Shown here piece by piece: positions 61,510 through 64,000 of a stretch of DNA of 64,000 nucleotides. The DNA comes from Vitrella brassicaformis CCMP3155 (lineage: Eukaryota > Protista > Chromerida). The stretch spans positions 1 to 64,000 of the forward strand of contig CDMY01000341.1 of NCBI GenBank assembly GCA_001179505.1, given 5' to 3'. Below the pieces are notes generated by a model. It saw only the letters and a program-made list of their open reading frames with translations. It was not told the DNA's origin and ran no database searches. Numbering within the stretch: position 1 is the first letter of the stretch; each line of letters opens with the position of its first letter. The position numbers were made by a program, and so were the translations under genes.

Positions 61510-61568
61510 CAGAGGGGCAACGCCCCTCTGGAGGGGCAACGCCCCTCTGGAGGGGCAACGCCCCTCTG
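61510..61568. repeat. Three tandem 19-bp palindromic units (gaggggcaacgcccctctg)
   Basis: Units at 61512, 61531 and 61550, each a gaggggc-aac-gcccctc stem-loop, about 30 nt after the RNase III stop. Confidence 0.9.
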
Positions 61569-63717
61569 GTGTGTGTGTGTGTGTGCGTGTGCCTGCCTAC
61601 TGGCAGCCAGCGATGCGACGTGTAAAGATGGATGGATGGATGGATGGGCTTTTTGGTAGTCAAGCTTGTAAGGGCGGAGGTAGACAGACCAGCAGTGTGT
61701 GAGTGAGGCGTGTGGTTGCATCCTGACCTTTTGACGAGAGCTTCGTGCTCGGGGCGGGAGCCCTACAATGACTTGCCTGTGTGTGGTGGTTGAAAAGTGA
61801 CACTCGAGCAGTAGCAGATAGATAGATACACTGCATCCACAGTCCAATCAATCAATCACATCACCAGTCAGTCCACCGCCCACCCACACACACGTGCATG
61901 AGCATGAGCATCAGCATGACCACACCCTCCCCGCCAACCTGCGCGCCCCGCCTGCTATTCCTCTCGCTCGTCGTGGAGGGAAAAAGGTCCTCCACACACC
62001 ACCACACCCAACACCAACACAACCAACCAATATGATGAGATCATGTGGGATTTAAAGCAACCGATGGCCACGCAGACAGACGCACCCAAGTGGCTGACCG
62101 ACACGCACATGCATGTGGGTGATCCCAGTGATTAGAAAACAGCGCTAGACCGACATTCATTGAGACGTATACGGGCACTCCTGCACCCCCGGGGCGGGTG
62201 CGACCGACGTGTGCTGGTCGATCGCCCCGTTCCTTTTTTGGCCCGTTCCTCCCTGCCATCAGCTTTGAAAGGCTGACGCCCCCAGCATAGCATCCACCCA
62301 GAGAGATATACTCTACAACACACCAAACCACACCGTTCCCACAGTCCCACCCCCCGCACACACACACACACACAGATGCGACCACAAAGACACACGCACA
62401 CGCCCCCCATCGCCCGATGGATTCATTCAATCGCTGACTGACTGACTGATGCTGTCACGTAAGTACGACGCTGCACTTTCTCTGAGATGTGGCGATCGAC
62501 ATGGGATGGGTAAAAGGGTAAGTGTTGTGTTAGATAGTATACACAGGGGTGACAGCCATGCATTCACTCAGCACAGTGGCCTGGCAGGGGGAAGCGCCGC
62601 AACCAACACACACACACACACACAGATCTCCTGCATGTGTGTGTGTGTGTGTGTGTGTGTATGCGTTGCGCGCCTGCCCCAGGCCTACACACACCTACAC
62701 ACAGACACTCAGGAGGTATAAAACGGTTCATTCGTCGACGCACTCTGGACATATACAATCAATCGGCCAGCAGGTGAGTGGCCATCTGGCTGGCTGTGTG
62801 GCTGTCTGTCTGAAATGCCTTCATCCATTCGAGCAGGAAGAACGGACGAAAAATGCTCGAGAGAGGTGCAGACGAGACGAGCGGGGGAGGGAAAAGACGA
62901 TCGCTCGCTCGCTGGCCACTAGGAGAAATATGCGATGCGCATGCGGGACTAACCGGGGGGCCCAAACTCCCTGTCCCGTGTCTGTCTGTCTGTCTGTCTG
63001 CCCTCGTGTGTTGTGGTGCCGGCAACGTGACGCCCTCGTGGCGCACTGTGACATCCCAGCCTTTCCTTCTACTGGAGGATCGCCGTGCGGTGACAACGTC
63101 ACATCGCCAGCATCATCCAAAGTGAGGGCAAACGAGGCGAGGGAAGGCAGGCCAACCACAGTCACTCAATCCTCCAACTAGCAGGCTTGGTGCGCAGTCA
63201 TAGTAGGTAGGATCACTCAACCAGCCAACCACCGAGCGCATCGAACAAGGAAGAGAGGGCGGGAAGAAAAGCTCAGCTCCCCTGCAATGCAATGAAGGCG
63301 AAAACGCACCATGAGGCCAGGCCTCATACACTCAGACACGCCACTGGACGGACTGACCAATTCGTGCTCTGCTCTGCTCGTGCTCTGCTCACAGGTGCAT
63401 GGGATGCTATCAATCAGTCAATGAGAGAGGAAAGAAAACATTGGCAATCAGTCGGTCGGTCGATGGTATCTATCTTTCTATCTAGCAGACAGATATACAG
63501 ACAGCGATGTACGCACATTAGTTAATGCATATGGATGGCATGAGTGAATGAATGATTATGGTGAGTACTGATGTTTATATATATAGATCCACCCACCCAC
63601 ACCCACACCCACCCACCCCGTAGCCAGACCCACACTAAGCAAATTCTCCCTTGCTTGCCCCTCCGACCTCCTCCCCTCCCCGACAGGCAAGAGAGAAGCT
63701 CTAGGCGATCTAGCGAC

Positions 63718-64000
63718 CTAGAGTCCCTTGTAAGCCCAGTCCAGGTCTCCCTGCTCCATGCCCAGCCGCGAGTGCACCCCCAGACCCAGCGACTCGCCAG
63801 TGGCTATCAGACGCCCAGGTTGGGGCGTGCGGTAACGACGCGCTGACACCGAACGAAACAACTCCTGGACAAAGACACAGAGAGGAGGGAGGGGCAATGA
63901 AAATGGGGAATGCTTGATCCATAGGGTGGTGCACCGCCCCCGTGGCACTGACTGACCTGTTCGACCCAGACGGCGAGTAGTCTTGGGTGTGAGATGGGGA
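63718..64000 (-). CDS. 3' end of an unknown gene entering from beyond the window
   Basis: Phase-0 exons PISHPRLLAVWVEQ|gtcag and cag|ELFRSVSARRYRTPQPGRLIATGESLGLGVHSRLGMEQGDLDWAYKGL*. Confidence 0.45.
   Translation of the reverse strand, partial: PHLTPKTTRRLGRTGQSVPRGRCTTLWIKHSPFSLPLPPLCVFVQELFRSVSARRYRTPQPGRLIATGESLGLGVHSRLGMEQGDLDWAYKGL

Overview
Eukaryotic, GC-rich, intron-dense nuclear DNA. Introns are full of (GT)n/(GACA)n microsatellites and several proteins carry signal-peptide + transit-peptide leaders, which fits a chromerid alga such as Vitrella (inference, not verified). Most ORF-track entries are artefacts of microsatellite introns, so gene models below were spliced by eye. Recognisable genes: mago nashi, plastid-type IF-3, type II 3-dehydroquinate synthase, SIN1-like TORC2 subunit, GT8 glycogenin-like protein, SAM methyltransferase, ubiquilin/Dsk2, type I DnaJ, LCMT1, mitoribosomal mL46, an ankyrin protein and an RNase III. 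There are also two lineage-expanded TLDc-like families: BTB-TLDc (2 copies) and an unknown-domain-TLDc family (4 copies, some disabled or cut by assembly gaps). The most unusual feature is a ~6 kb cassette present twice in inverted orientation (~5400-11555 and ~36225-42170). Each copy has a BTB-TLDc gene with apparent frameshifts and an upstream array of six alternating ~100-110 nt long hairpins of two families. The stems show compensatory changes and G-U pairs on one strand, consistent with an unannotated polycistronic structured or small-RNA precursor cluster. Three 300-N gaps limit interpretation.
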